Assembly (NCBI GenBank): GCA_013329055.1
Contig: DUKY01000020.1
Span: forward strand, 54,989 to 118,988
Direction of reading: 5' to 3'
DNA length: 64,000 nt
DNA from: Nanobdellota archaeon
GTDB taxonomy: Archaea > Nanobdellota > Nanobdellia > Pacearchaeales > GW2011-AR1
In this document: piece by piece, positions 17,596-26,511 of the stretch
How the letters are laid out: the number at the start of each line of letters is the position of its first letter
How positions within the stretch are numbered: position 1 is the stretch's first letter
The notes under the pieces: generated by a model
What the model saw: the letters and a program-made list of their open reading frames with translations, nothing else
What the model was told of the DNA's origin: nothing
Database searches by the model: none
Translations under genes and position numbers: made by a program

Positions 17596-19671
17596 TTATG
17601 CTTTTGGTCCTCGAGCATTTTCTGCAAAATATTGTATTGTTTTATCTGCACAAGTTGGGCAATATCCTAATTTATTTAACATTGTTTCTATCATTCTTGT
17701 TCTGACTTTTGCATTTTCTTCGTTTGTTCTATTTGCTAATGCTCCTACTAAACTTGATTCTGTTCCGATATCTGATTCAAATCTTGTATCTGTAATTGCC
17801 TTTACAAGTGTTGTGTTATCCATAAAATCATATTTTGGATCAGTTTGCATTCTTTGAGCATATGTTTTTAATATTGTACTTCTAAAACTTGCACTTTGTT
17901 CTTTTGATTTTAATCCAATTCTTCCTTCAATTGAATTAATCCATCTTTCATCAACTTTAATTTTTTCAATTTTTCCGGTTTGTGGATCTTTATAACTTAA
18001 CATTTTATCTTTTGGAAGATTGTCTCCTGATAATGCGACAACCATATTTACATAATTTCTTACTTCTTTTACAATTGCTTCTGGCTCATCCATATATGCA
18101 TCAAAAATTCTTTGTTTAACTTGGTTCAAATAAAGTGTTTCTGCAGTTTTAATATCTTCTAAATATTTAGTTCTTCTTCCTGAATCTGTTACATAATCTA
18201 AAATTACTCTTTCTAATGATCCAAAAACATCTCCTGCAAATATACATTTTCCCTCTTGTGTTTTAGGGCTTTTTGTTAAAATTGATTTTGCTCTTTCTAA
18301 ATTTCTATGAGTAAAACCAGATTGTCCAAATCGTTTTGTGACATCCGGACTTGTGCTTAAATCATCTATTAATTCTGTTAAAGTTTTAAGACTTTTTTCT
18401 CCAGCTACTTCCCCTGCTGCTAAATTCATTATCTCTTGCGAGGTTAATTTATCTGATTTTGGTAATCTTGTTAATACTCCTCCAACTGATAGTGCATAAT
18501 TAGTCAATGGATCAACATGCAAATTATCTCCTCCAAATGTTGTTAGTTTTTCTTTATTTCCTATGACATATGCTGTTAATTTTTTTTGTAATTTGTAATC
18601 AGTATTATGTCCGACGAAACATGTATCACATCTATCTAAAATTGGTGCTTCTTCTGCTGCTTCCTGGAATTTTGCAAATTCTGCATTATTTGATGTTCCA
18701 ATAATAAATGTGTCCATTGGCCATTTAAATCCGTCAATTTCTATTGTTCGATTTTGAATTAATCCTAAATAAAGTTTAATTAAATCTGCTTTATTTTTGA
18801 AAAATTCGTCGGGAGAATGGATTCCTCCCCCTGCTGTTCTTGATAAAGCTCCTCTTCGTAAATCAAATCTGTATGGATTATTTGAATCTTCTAAATGAAG
18901 TAATCTTGTAATTGCTTCATCTCCTAAAAGGTCTACTGCTGAAGAAGTAATTTTATCTTTTGCAGGATATTTTCCTGTTAAGATTCCTCTTGTTGGACTA
19001 ATTGGAACTTTTACTATTTCTATATATTCCTGCATTATTTTATTTAAATCCTCTTCTGTATGTTCTTTAATTTTTTCTAAAATATATTCACTGCATGCTC
19101 CCAAGGGTCTGTAATTTTTAAAAAATGATTCTATTTGTATATTATTAAATCCTAATTGTCCTAAAAATTCTTTACTTGCATTTTTATCATTTTTTAAATT
19201 CATTGCAAAAATCATTGGATCTTCATAAGTCTGGGATTCAATTTCTTTGATGTCTCCGAAACCTGCAATATTTTCTAAACCTTTAAATTTGAATGTGTAT
19301 CTTTCATTACCCGGCATTGCAATAAAATTTCTGTATGTCTTAAATAAATAATCTACTAAATAAGTTTTACCATTTCCCGGCTCTCCTACTAAAATAAATG
19401 CTCTTTCTCTTGCGGATCCTCCGTCGGCACCATCTTTAATAAATCCAACCAGTTGATTTAATTCATCGTACATTCCGACAAGCGGTTTTTCACCTTTTCG
19501 AAATATATTAAAATCATAAGTTGTTTTTCCGTTAACATTAATTTTTGTGAATGCATTTTCTCCATCAAGAATCATACGAGAAATAGATTCAAAAGCGTTT
19601 TCAAAACGTCTTTTACCCTCTTTAACTTCTGTCAAGTGAGTTATTAAACTCGCTTCACCTCTCATCACCAT
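17596..19671 (-). CDS. prkA: PrkA family serine protein kinase (AAA+ N-terminal domain)
   Basis: The Walker A motif is VGEPGNGKTYLV. Other matches are IGTSNNAEF and LDRCDTCFV, and the length is about 690 aa as in PrkA/YeaG. Confidence 0.88.
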   Translation of the reverse strand: MVMRGEASLITHLTEVKEGKRRFENAFESISRMILDGENAFTKINVNGKTTYDFNIFRKGEKPLVGMYDELNQLVGFIKDGADGGSARERAFILVGEPGNGKTYLVDYLFKTYRNFIAMPGNERYTFKFKGLENIAGFGDIKEIESQTYEDPMIFAMNLKNDKNASKEFLGQLGFNNIQIESFFKNYRPLGACSEYILEKIKEHTEEDLNKIMQEYIEIVKVPISPTRGILTGKYPAKDKITSSAVDLLGDEAITRLLHLEDSNNPYRFDLRRGALSRTAGGGIHSPDEFFKNKADLIKLYLGLIQNRTIEIDGFKWPMDTFIIGTSNNAEFAKFQEAAEEAPILDRCDTCFVGHNTDYKLQKKLTAYVIGNKEKLTTFGGDNLHVDPLTNYALSVGGVLTRLPKSDKLTSQEIMNLAAGEVAGEKSLKTLTELIDDLSTSPDVTKRFGQSGFTHRNLERAKSILTKSPKTQEGKCIFAGDVFGSLERVILDYVTDSGRRTKYLEDIKTAETLYLNQVKQRIFDAYMDEPEAIVKEVRNYVNMVVALSGDNLPKDKMLSYKDPQTGKIEKIKVDERWINSIEGRIGLKSKEQSASFRSTILKTYAQRMQTDPKYDFMDNTTLVKAITDTRFESDIGTESSLVGALANRTNEENAKVRTRMIETMLNKLGYCPTCADKTIQYFAENARGPKA

Positions 19672-19760
19672 ATTATTTCATATGTTCTATTCTTTATAAA
19701 TATATGTCTTCAAAAATATTCATTTAGATTCTTGTATTTAATTTTTTTTATTTTCTACAA

Positions 19761-19772
19761 ATATTTATAAAT
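19761..19772 (+). promoter_or_regulatory. TATA-box-like element
   Basis: atatttataaat is centred about 29 nt upstream of the ATG at 19795, which implies a leaderless or near-leaderless mRNA. Confidence 0.45.
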
Positions 19773-19794
19773 CTCAATTACCTGTTTAATAAAA

Positions 19795-21786
19795 ATGAGG
19801 AATATAATAGCACTAATAATCTTTGGAATAATTTTGGCTTCTTTAGCTTCAGCTGAAATTTTAATTGTTGAACAACCTAATGAGATTTATAATTTGGGTG
19901 ATACAATTAATTTGAATTTTAAAGTTGTGACATTAGAAGATTTAAGTAATTTTTTTAATATGAATTTTGTTTGTAATGGAAAGAAAACAAAAATCCCTCA
20001 GGAATATTTAACCTTAAAAAGCGGTGAAGAAATCGGAATTGAAATGACACTTCCTTTAATTAAAGAGTTTAAATCTTCCGGTTCTTGCAATATTCAATCT
20101 GGTTTAGGTGAAGTATTAACTAATGATTTTAAAGTATCAACTTTAATTGATGTTGAACTTTTAGAGGAGAAATCAGATTTTATCCCCGGTGAAAATTTAA
20201 TTATTAATGGTGAAGCAAAAAAAGAAAATGGCGGTTTAGTTGAAGGATTTGTTGAAGCAAAGATTGGTTTTGATTCTGAAGAGATTCTACTTTCAGAGAT
20301 TGTTAGTAACGGATATTTTACTATCAGTTATCCTTTACCTGAAAAAACTAAAGCCGATGAATATACTGTGAGTATTAAGGTTTATGAAAAAGATGAGGAA
20401 GATGTTATTACTAATAATGGTCTTATGAGTTATAATATTAAGATTTTGCAAGTTCCGACTAATTTAGAGATTGTTTCTGAAAATGTTAATGTGATGCCAG
20501 GAACCAGTTTTAAAATTAAAGGTATTTTGCATGATCAAACCGGTGAAAAAATTTCATCTTCTGTTGTTTTTTCTGTTATTAATGATAAGGGTATTTTAGT
20601 TGAAGAAAAAGAGTTGTCAACAGATGAATTTTTTGAATATTTTATAATCCCTAATGAATCTGTTGCTATATGGAATGTTGAAGTTGTTTCTGAAATGATT
20701 ATGCAAAAAATAAATGTAATTATTTTGGAAAATAAAAATGTTAAAACTGAATTAATTAATAAAACTCTTTTTATCGAGAATATTGGTAATGTTTTTTATA
20801 ATGATTCGGTTATTGTTAAAATTGGCAATGATTCTGTAACTGTTCCTGTAGGTTTAGCTGTTGGTGGGGTTGAGAAATATGTTTTAACTGCTCCAAATGG
20901 CGAGTATCAAGTTGAGATTATTGCTGACGGTGAAAGTAGTTTAATTCACGGAGTTATACTTACCGGCAGAGCTATTGATGTTAAGGATCCTTCATCTATG
21001 GCACTTGAATTTGTTTCTTATCCTATTGTATGGGGTTTTATTATTGTGATTTTACTTTTTGTTGCATTTATTATCTTTAAAAAAGGTTACAAAAAAACTT
21101 TCTTTGGTTACATTACTTCAAAGAAAAAAGAAACTGTTTCAAAAGAAAAGGATATTAAAGAAAAGACTTTTGTGGCTTCGAAAAATAAGGCTGAATTATC
21201 TTTATCTATTGAAGGTGATAAGCAAGATGTAGATTTAGTTTGCTTAAAATTAAAAAACTTTGAAGAATTTAGAGATAAAACCAGTGGTGTTGAACAAGTA
21301 TTGCAAAATATTAATGAATTTGCTTATAGTAAAAAAGCAGTAACTTATGAAAATCAGGATTATTTATTTTTCCTTCTTATTCCAAGAAAAACTAAAACAT
21401 TTAAGAATGAAAAGGCTACATTAGAAATATCTCAATATATTATTAATTCATTAAGTCATCATAACAAATTTTTTAAACAAAAAGTTGACTTTGGTGTTTC
21501 TTTAAATTATGGTCCAATGATTATTAAAGAAGATGATGATAAATTTATGTTTATGGGTCTTGGCGACTTAATGTCTGTTGCTAAAAAGATTTCTTCTTTA
21601 TCTCATGGTGAAGTTTTAGTTAGTCCAACTATGAATAGTAGAATTATGAGCACTGCTAAAACTGATAAAGCTGAAGAAGGTAAAGTTGTATTTTATAAAC
21701 TTAGAGAAATCAAAGATAATGATCAGCATAAAAAATTCTTAAAGGGTTTTGCTGAAAGAATGGATAAGGATAAAAATAAAAAATAA
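19795..21786 (+). CDS. membrane receptor-like protein: signal peptide, extracellular Ig-like repeats, one TM, and a cytoplasmic degenerate class-III cyclase-homology-like domain
   Basis: The signal is IIALIIFGIILASLASA and the TM is VWGFIIVILLFVAFIIF. The C-terminal region VDLVCLKLKNFEEF...FGVSLNYGPMII...GLGDLMSVAKKISSLSHGEVLVSPTM follows the class III cyclase pattern, but the metal-binding Asp positions are replaced. Confidence 0.55.
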   Translation: MRNIIALIIFGIILASLASAEILIVEQPNEIYNLGDTINLNFKVVTLEDLSNFFNMNFVCNGKKTKIPQEYLTLKSGEEIGIEMTLPLIKEFKSSGSCNIQSGLGEVLTNDFKVSTLIDVELLEEKSDFIPGENLIINGEAKKENGGLVEGFVEAKIGFDSEEILLSEIVSNGYFTISYPLPEKTKADEYTVSIKVYEKDEEDVITNNGLMSYNIKILQVPTNLEIVSENVNVMPGTSFKIKGILHDQTGEKISSSVVFSVINDKGILVEEKELSTDEFFEYFIIPNESVAIWNVEVVSEMIMQKINVIILENKNVKTELINKTLFIENIGNVFYNDSVIVKIGNDSVTVPVGLAVGGVEKYVLTAPNGEYQVEIIADGESSLIHGVILTGRAIDVKDPSSMALEFVSYPIVWGFIIVILLFVAFIIFKKGYKKTFFGYITSKKKETVSKEKDIKEKTFVASKNKAELSLSIEGDKQDVDLVCLKLKNFEEFRDKTSGVEQVLQNINEFAYSKKAVTYENQDYLFFLLIPRKTKTFKNEKATLEISQYIINSLSHHNKFFKQKVDFGVSLNYGPMIIKEDDDKFMFMGLGDLMSVAKKISSLSHGEVLVSPTMNSRIMSTAKTDKAEEGKVVFYKLREIKDNDQHKKFLKGFAERMDKDKNKK

Positions 21787-22365
21787 TTATTTTCTAATTA
21801 TCTTTTTATTTTTTATTAAACTAATGATTGTTGAAGGTTTATTGTCTATTGTTCCGTCGTTGATAATATAATCTGCTTTGCTTAGTATTTCTTTATTTAT
21901 ATTTTTTAAATTAGTCATGTGTTTTTCTCCTGTAATATTTACACTTGTTGTTACAAAGATTATATTTATTTTTGATAATTCTTGGCTAAACCAATTATTT
22001 GGTATTCTTATTCCGATATTTTTTCTTTCTGGTATAAGTAATTTAAGAGGATATTTTGCTTTTAGTTTTTGATTTGGGTTTAAAATAAATGTAAATTTTC
22101 CTGGCAATTTGTTTAATTCTTTTTTGAATTGTTTATTATATTCTGTGTTTTCATTAATCCATTTAATTGACGGTACAATTATAGAAAATGGTTTTTTATC
22201 TCTTTGTTTAATTTCTCTTAATTTCTTTATTGATTCCTCGTTTTTTGCATCACATCCAATGCCATAAATAGTATCTGTTGGGTAGATGAAAATTTTTCCA
22301 TTTTTTATTTCTTTGATGTAAAATTCTTTATTTTGTAAAAATTCTTGTTTATTTATTATTTTCAT
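21787..22365 (-). CDS. tsaC: L-threonylcarbamoyladenylate synthase (YrdC/Sua5 domain)
   Basis: The motifs are IYPTDTIYGIGCDA and KQRDKKPFSIIV. It is a single-domain protein of 192 aa. Confidence 0.82.
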   Translation of the reverse strand: MKIINKQEFLQNKEFYIKEIKNGKIFIYPTDTIYGIGCDAKNEESIKKLREIKQRDKKPFSIIVPSIKWINENTEYNKQFKKELNKLPGKFTFILNPNQKLKAKYPLKLLIPERKNIGIRIPNNWFSQELSKINIIFVTTSVNITGEKHMTNLKNINKEILSKADYIINDGTIDNKPSTIISLIKNKKIIRK

Positions 22366-22372
22366 TTTAAAC

Positions 22373-22506
22373 GGCTCTTTTCGGAATTAAGTTTTTTTGA
22401 TTTTAGGATTCCCACTTCTAGTTCAAGCTAAAGCTTGAAGACCCGCCCTTAATGAATACCTGAATTGCCAATATGTTAGCTAAAATCAAAAACTCTAAAC
22501 AGAGCC
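22373..22506. repeat. family-B MITE-like element
   Basis: The arms are ggctcttttcggaattaagtttttttgattttag and ctaaaatcaaaaactctaaacagagcc. The central palindrome is ttcaagct-aa-agcttgaa. The element ends 3 nt from the stop codon at 22510. Confidence 0.8.
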
Positions 22507-22509
22507 ATT

Positions 22510-23436
22510 TTAAACTTTAAATTTTTCAAATTCTTCTCTGTTCTCTAAATCTTTATCCCGATAAGCAATTATTAATTTTTTTGCGAGTTTTTTATCTTGT
22601 TTTTGGTCATATACTACTGTTGGCCCTGAAATTTCTTCATCTACTAAAATATTCCATTTTATTTTTTTAGCAATTTCTTCTATGAAGATGTTTTCTTTGT
22701 GGTCTCTTCCTACAAATATTAAGCCATTATTTTTAAACATTCGTCCTCGTTTTAAAAAAAGTGTTTCTTCATATTTTGGATTTTTATAATCAAACAAGCA
22801 TTTTACTTTTTTAGCATAATCTTTTTCACAAAGCAAGCATCCTCCTGCGGGAGTGGGATATTTAATTTTATATTTTTTGGCAAGTTCTATTTGTTCTATT
22901 CTTTGTCTTCCATGTAAAGATAATAATTTTTCTCTATTGACTAAACCATTTTTTTCATATTCTGTTTCAGGCAATAATTTTGCAGATAATGGTCTTAATA
23001 TTTTATTTTGGAGTCCTGCTTTTTTTTCATCAAATAATAAAATTTCTTTCATTTGCGACATTGGTCTTTGTCCGATTACTTCGCCTGTTGCTATTACTTC
23101 TATTTTTAGTTTTTTGGCTTCTTTTTTTGCCTGTTTAAATATAAATATTTTGCAATCTTTGCATGGATTTAATGCTTTTCCCCTTCCATATTTTGGATTT
23201 TTTGTTAATTCTAAATATTCTTTAAATTTTTGTCCTTTTGTTGCATCGATTATATGCAGATAATATCCTTGTGTTTGTGCAAAGTTTATTATGCAGGGTA
23301 TATCATTACAGCATCCTCCTCCAAAAGGTAATTTGACAAAAACTAAATGGATTTCAAATCCTTGCTTTTCAAGTAATTTTGCGGTTAATCTGCTGTCTAA
23401 TCCTCCGGAGAATAATACTATTGCTTTTTTAATCAT
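22510..23436 (-). CDS. PP-loop ATP pyrophosphatase, ThiI/MnmA-like tRNA thiolation enzyme
   Basis: The PP-loop is VLFSGGLDS. Also present are NPCKDCKIF and ATGEVIGQRPMSQ. Confidence 0.65.
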   Translation of the reverse strand: MIKKAIVLFSGGLDSRLTAKLLEKQGFEIHLVFVKLPFGGGCCNDIPCIINFAQTQGYYLHIIDATKGQKFKEYLELTKNPKYGRGKALNPCKDCKIFIFKQAKKEAKKLKIEVIATGEVIGQRPMSQMKEILLFDEKKAGLQNKILRPLSAKLLPETEYEKNGLVNREKLLSLHGRQRIEQIELAKKYKIKYPTPAGGCLLCEKDYAKKVKCLFDYKNPKYEETLFLKRGRMFKNNGLIFVGRDHKENIFIEEIAKKIKWNILVDEEISGPTVVYDQKQDKKLAKKLIIAYRDKDLENREEFEKFKV

Positions 23437-23677
23437 GGCAATTAAATAGCAAAATTGATTTTTAATGGTGTTGGTTTAAAAATTTAAGATTGTTTCATTT
23501 AACATTATTATTATTATTATTAACCGAAGTTTCACAAAGTGAAATTTGGATAAAATCTGCAAGGTTTCGGAACCGTTAAATTTCTGTTATGTCTGTAGAA
23601 ACTTGTTTCAACCAATGGTTAGTGCAATGATCGGCAAAGCCGAAATCCAGAGTTATTAAGTTGCGTTAAGAAAAAAA

Positions 23678-23959
23678 TTACAAATCAGAAATCCCTTTAT
23701 CAAGATAATATTCTTTAAATCTTTTTCCTGATAAATCGTACAAGCATAAAACTCTTTTCTCTGTAATAAATATCCCATAACCTTTTGGTGGAGTTCCAGC
23801 TAATGCAAAAAAATAGCAATCAGAGTTTTTGTTCTTATCAGGAGTTAAGACAATTAATTCTCGATCTATTTTTGCTCCTCCATAAGTTTTATTATAATGA
23901 TCTATAAGAATATTTTTGATCTCTTCTTTTGTTATTTTTCCAGAAGTTTTATTATCCAT
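23678..23959 (-). CDS. hypothetical protein
   Basis: 93-aa ORF with no motif. Confidence 0.4.
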   Translation of the reverse strand: MDNKTSGKITKEEIKNILIDHYNKTYGGAKIDRELIVLTPDKNKNSDCYFFALAGTPPKGYGIFITEKRVLCLYDLSGKRFKEYYLDKGISDL

Positions 23960-24056
23960 CTATTAGAATATAATCTAATCCCTTAAATATTTATCTAATT
24001 TTTTTTAGCAACTTAATAATTAGACCTAACATCATTTAAATAGACAAAATCTAATC

Positions 24057-24440
24057 TTATCTTGTTTTTGTATAGCAAAAGAATTCTGAAGAATAATCTT
24101 CAATATCGCTGACTTCTTCAAACATATTAATTCTGTTAGTTTTTAGGCTATTACCATTAAAATACAAAATCTTGTCTAATGCAGTTCGAAAGATTCTTGT
24201 TTCTTTAGGATAATTTTTTTGGATAGTTTTGGCACTTGATAGAGTTCTTGCAACCCATATTCCCCCTCTACCTTTTTCACCATATTCTATTTGATCTGGT
24301 TCATAATACCATTTGTTTATTGAATATTGTACAATATTAGGATTTTTATGCATTCCCAGAGATTTCAGATCTTTTGTGACAACTTTATACCCTAAACTAT
24401 ATACTTTGCCATCAAGAATTATAGAATTAATTTTTATCAT
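24057..24440 (-). CDS. hypothetical protein
   Basis: 127-aa ORF with no confident motif. Confidence 0.4.
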   Translation of the reverse strand: MIKINSIILDGKVYSLGYKVVTKDLKSLGMHKNPNIVQYSINKWYYEPDQIEYGEKGRGGIWVARTLSSAKTIQKNYPKETRIFRTALDKILYFNGNSLKTNRINMFEEVSDIEDYSSEFFCYTKTR

Positions 24441-24717
24441 AAATGATTAAGTTAGTGAAGAATTTTTTTGAGATTGAAATTTGATAAGGGTAAGGGAGTG
24501 ATTTGTGATTTAGTGAGATAGAATAAGTTTTTTTTATTTCGTCTATCGCGTGGCGACTTTGAAAAGCGGGTTAAAAAAGAATTATTTATAATTGTATAAA
24601 ATATTTTTTTCATTTTAATAATTCATTATCTCTTTTATATAGAAATTCCCTTTTTATAATTTTCGTTTTTGGAATTTTGAGTTAAATTTAGGTTTTATAG
24701 AATCCTTTCGTAAAAGA

Positions 24718-24728
24718 TTATTTAAATA
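24718..24728 (+). promoter_or_regulatory. TATA-box-like element
   Basis: ttatttaaata is centred about 26 nt upstream of the ATG at 24749. Confidence 0.45.
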
Positions 24729-24748
24729 AAAATTTCATATTTTCTATT

Positions 24749-25102
24749 ATGAAAAAAGAGTGGATGATTCTTGGGTTTGTCTTAATAATTGTGATTTTTG
24801 CAGGGTTTTATTTCTTTAAAAATCCTAATGTTGTGAAAGAAATTCCTTCAGGGGATTATAATATTGAGATTAATAATTTTGCTTTTGCTCCTCAAGAATT
24901 GATAGTTAAAGTAGGAAGTACTGTTGTTTGGAATAATAAAGATTCTGTAAAGCATACTGTTACTTCTGATAGTGGAACTGAATTAGGTTCAGAATTATTA
25001 GGAAATGGTGAGAGTTATTCTCATACTTTTAACAATGTTGGAACTTTTGAATATCATTGTACTCCTCATCCTTCAATGACTGGGAAAATTATTGTTGAAT
25101 AA
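24749..25102 (+). CDS. membrane-anchored type-1 (blue) copper protein, plastocyanin/amicyanin-like
   Basis: It has an N-terminal TM segment. The copper ligands are H in KHTVTSD and C, H, M in YHCTPHPSMTGKIIV. Confidence 0.85.
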   Translation: MKKEWMILGFVLIIVIFAGFYFFKNPNVVKEIPSGDYNIEINNFAFAPQELIVKVGSTVVWNNKDSVKHTVTSDSGTELGSELLGNGESYSHTFNNVGTFEYHCTPHPSMTGKIIVE

Positions 25103-25507
25103 TTATTTAAAAAATTTAGAGATTTCTAAACCAATATAAAACACAAGAGAATGAAATAACCACCAAAAGTATGGCGATAATGTTAAACCTAAGATTACAA
25201 ATGGTGGTGCATTATATCTTGCTGAAATTCCTAATAATTGAATAAATCCTGAATAAGATGTCATTAAATAAGAAAAAGATATCCATGTTCCTGCAAAGAT
25301 TGCAAATAAAGCTTTTTTGTAGTGTTCTTTATTATCAAAAATTGTGAACCAAATAAATGCTAATAATGTTGCATTTCCAAATTTTAAAATATAGTAATAA
25401 TTTGATTCTCCTACTCCGTGAATATGCATTAAGAAATCTGCAAACCAGAAAATTGCAACAACTAAGATTATGTTATATATAATCTTCTTTGTTATTTTTA
25501 TTTTCAT
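25103..25507 (-). CDS. integral membrane protein
   Basis: About four hydrophobic helices; no motif. Confidence 0.5.
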   Translation of the reverse strand: MKIKITKKIIYNIILVVAIFWFADFLMHIHGVGESNYYYILKFGNATLLAFIWFTIFDNKEHYKKALFAIFAGTWISFSYLMTSYSGFIQLLGISARYNAPPFVILGLTLSPYFWWLFHSLVFYIGLEISKFFK

Positions 25508-25552
25508 TCAATTTAATCGGTTTATATGTTTAAATATTATGATACAAATAGA

Positions 25553-25957
25553 TTATTCAATGTATATTTCAAAAAATTGAGTAAATTTTTTCCCTTTTTC
25601 TTTTGCATCTTTTATAGATATTGCATAATTTTTCCCTGAGTCTTTTAGTTCTTTTGGTTCAATGAATAACCATCCTTCCCGATTAAATCTTAATGCTATT
25701 ACCGGTGTTAGTTTAAATATCTCTGAAAATGTTAGGAATCTGCTTATTTGGTCTTTTGAGATATAAATTGTTTGTTTTTTGCTGGATTTGACTTCAATGC
25801 AGAATTTTTTATCTTCTTTTCCTGCAATTAAATCACAATCTGCATTTTCCATTGTTCCACTTCCTGCAACTCTTACGACTCTGTAAATTCCGGTTTCAAT
25901 GAATTTTTGGAAAAGTTCTCTTTCTGTTTTTGAGCCTTTGGCTTTATTTTTTGGCAT
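25553..25957 (-). CDS. hjc: Holliday junction resolvase Hjc
   Basis: The pattern KGSKTERELFQKF...VRVAGSG...DLIAGK...CIEVKSSK matches the Hjc nuclease core (E...D...E-x-K). Confidence 0.85.
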   Translation of the reverse strand: MPKNKAKGSKTERELFQKFIETGIYRVVRVAGSGTMENADCDLIAGKEDKKFCIEVKSSKKQTIYISKDQISRFLTFSEIFKLTPVIALRFNREGWLFIEPKELKDSGKNYAISIKDAKEKGKKFTQFFEIYIE

Positions 25958-25985
25958 GATTGATTTTTCTTAAATTTAATTCTTT

Positions 25986-26326
25986 ATGGCATTCAAGGAA
26001 CCAAGGGGTTCACATTCCATGTGGCATTACAGGAGGCTCCGAAAGTTTACACGAGTTTTCATGATAGCCCTTGATACGAGTGTGGACTTGAGTAGAAAGT
26101 TTACACGAGTTCTCATGATAGCCCCTGATACGAGTGGGTTTGAGTTTAGAGATGCCCCCGTTCCGCAAAGTTTGAGGACGAAGTTATTGAACAGCGACAA
26201 ACATTTTAAATGAATAACGACTTTTCAATGACTGAGCCAGCTTAAAAACTTCAAAAGTATCGTCTTTTGAATGTCCCAGAAAATTTAATTCTACAAATTT
26301 TCTGAGGAAACCAGCGGGTGTCTTTT
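25986..26326 (-). repeat. family-C ~340-bp structured repeat, copy 1 (reverse complement of copy 2 at 44669-45010)
   Basis: The reverse complement begins aaaagacacccgctggtttcctcagaaaattt..., directly abutting the stop of the 26325..26510 gene. About 170 nt are near-identical to copy 2, followed by two tandem units built on gtgtaaactttctactcaagtccacac. Confidence 0.85.
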
Positions 26327-26510
26327 ACAAATCTCTTGCTTGAATTGTTCTTCTGTTATTTGCTTTTGCTCGTTTTATGGCATCTCTTAATATTTCTTCT
26401 ACTTTTCTTTCAAGTGCCATTCCTACTTCTTCTGCAACGCTTGATACTGTATTTTCCTTATCCAGTTCTTTGATTGCTTTTTTGATGTTGCTTTTTACAA
26501 TTAAACTCAT
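26325..26510 (-). CDS. histone-fold-like small DNA-binding protein
   Basis: 61 aa. AEEVGMALERKVEEILRDAIKRAKANNRRTIQARDL resembles the alpha2-L2-alpha3 region of archaeal histones and DUF1931. Confidence 0.55.
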   Translation of the reverse strand: MSLIVKSNIKKAIKELDKENTVSSVAEEVGMALERKVEEILRDAIKRAKANNRRTIQARDL

Positions 26511-26511
26511 T

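Noticed and set aside
23521-23680. tRNA gene in the GC-richer intergenic segment; I also inspected 24480-24580 and 33000-33260
   Set aside because: I could not build an acceptor stem with D-arm, anticodon and T-arm, and found no GTTCRANYC-type T-loop on either strand. None is called as a tRNA. A tRNAscan-SE or Infernal run would be decisive.
25986-26213. 75-aa ORF (MAFKEPRGSHSMWHYRRLRKFTRVFMIALDTS...)
   Set aside because: It lies entirely within the family-C repeat. Its internal duplication (KFTRVFMIALDTS / KFTRVLMIAPDTS) simply mirrors the DNA tandem units, and the reverse-oriented copy at 44.7 kb has no equivalent ORF in the track.
25986-26326. Mini CRISPR-like array inside the family-C element (27-nt partially palindromic unit with 27-38-nt inserts)
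   Set aside because: There is only one full and two partial units per copy. The two inserts within a copy are near-duplicates of each other (concerted tandem duplication), the whole structure is embedded in a larger repeat present twice, and there are no cas genes. It is reported as an unusual repeat, not as a CRISPR.
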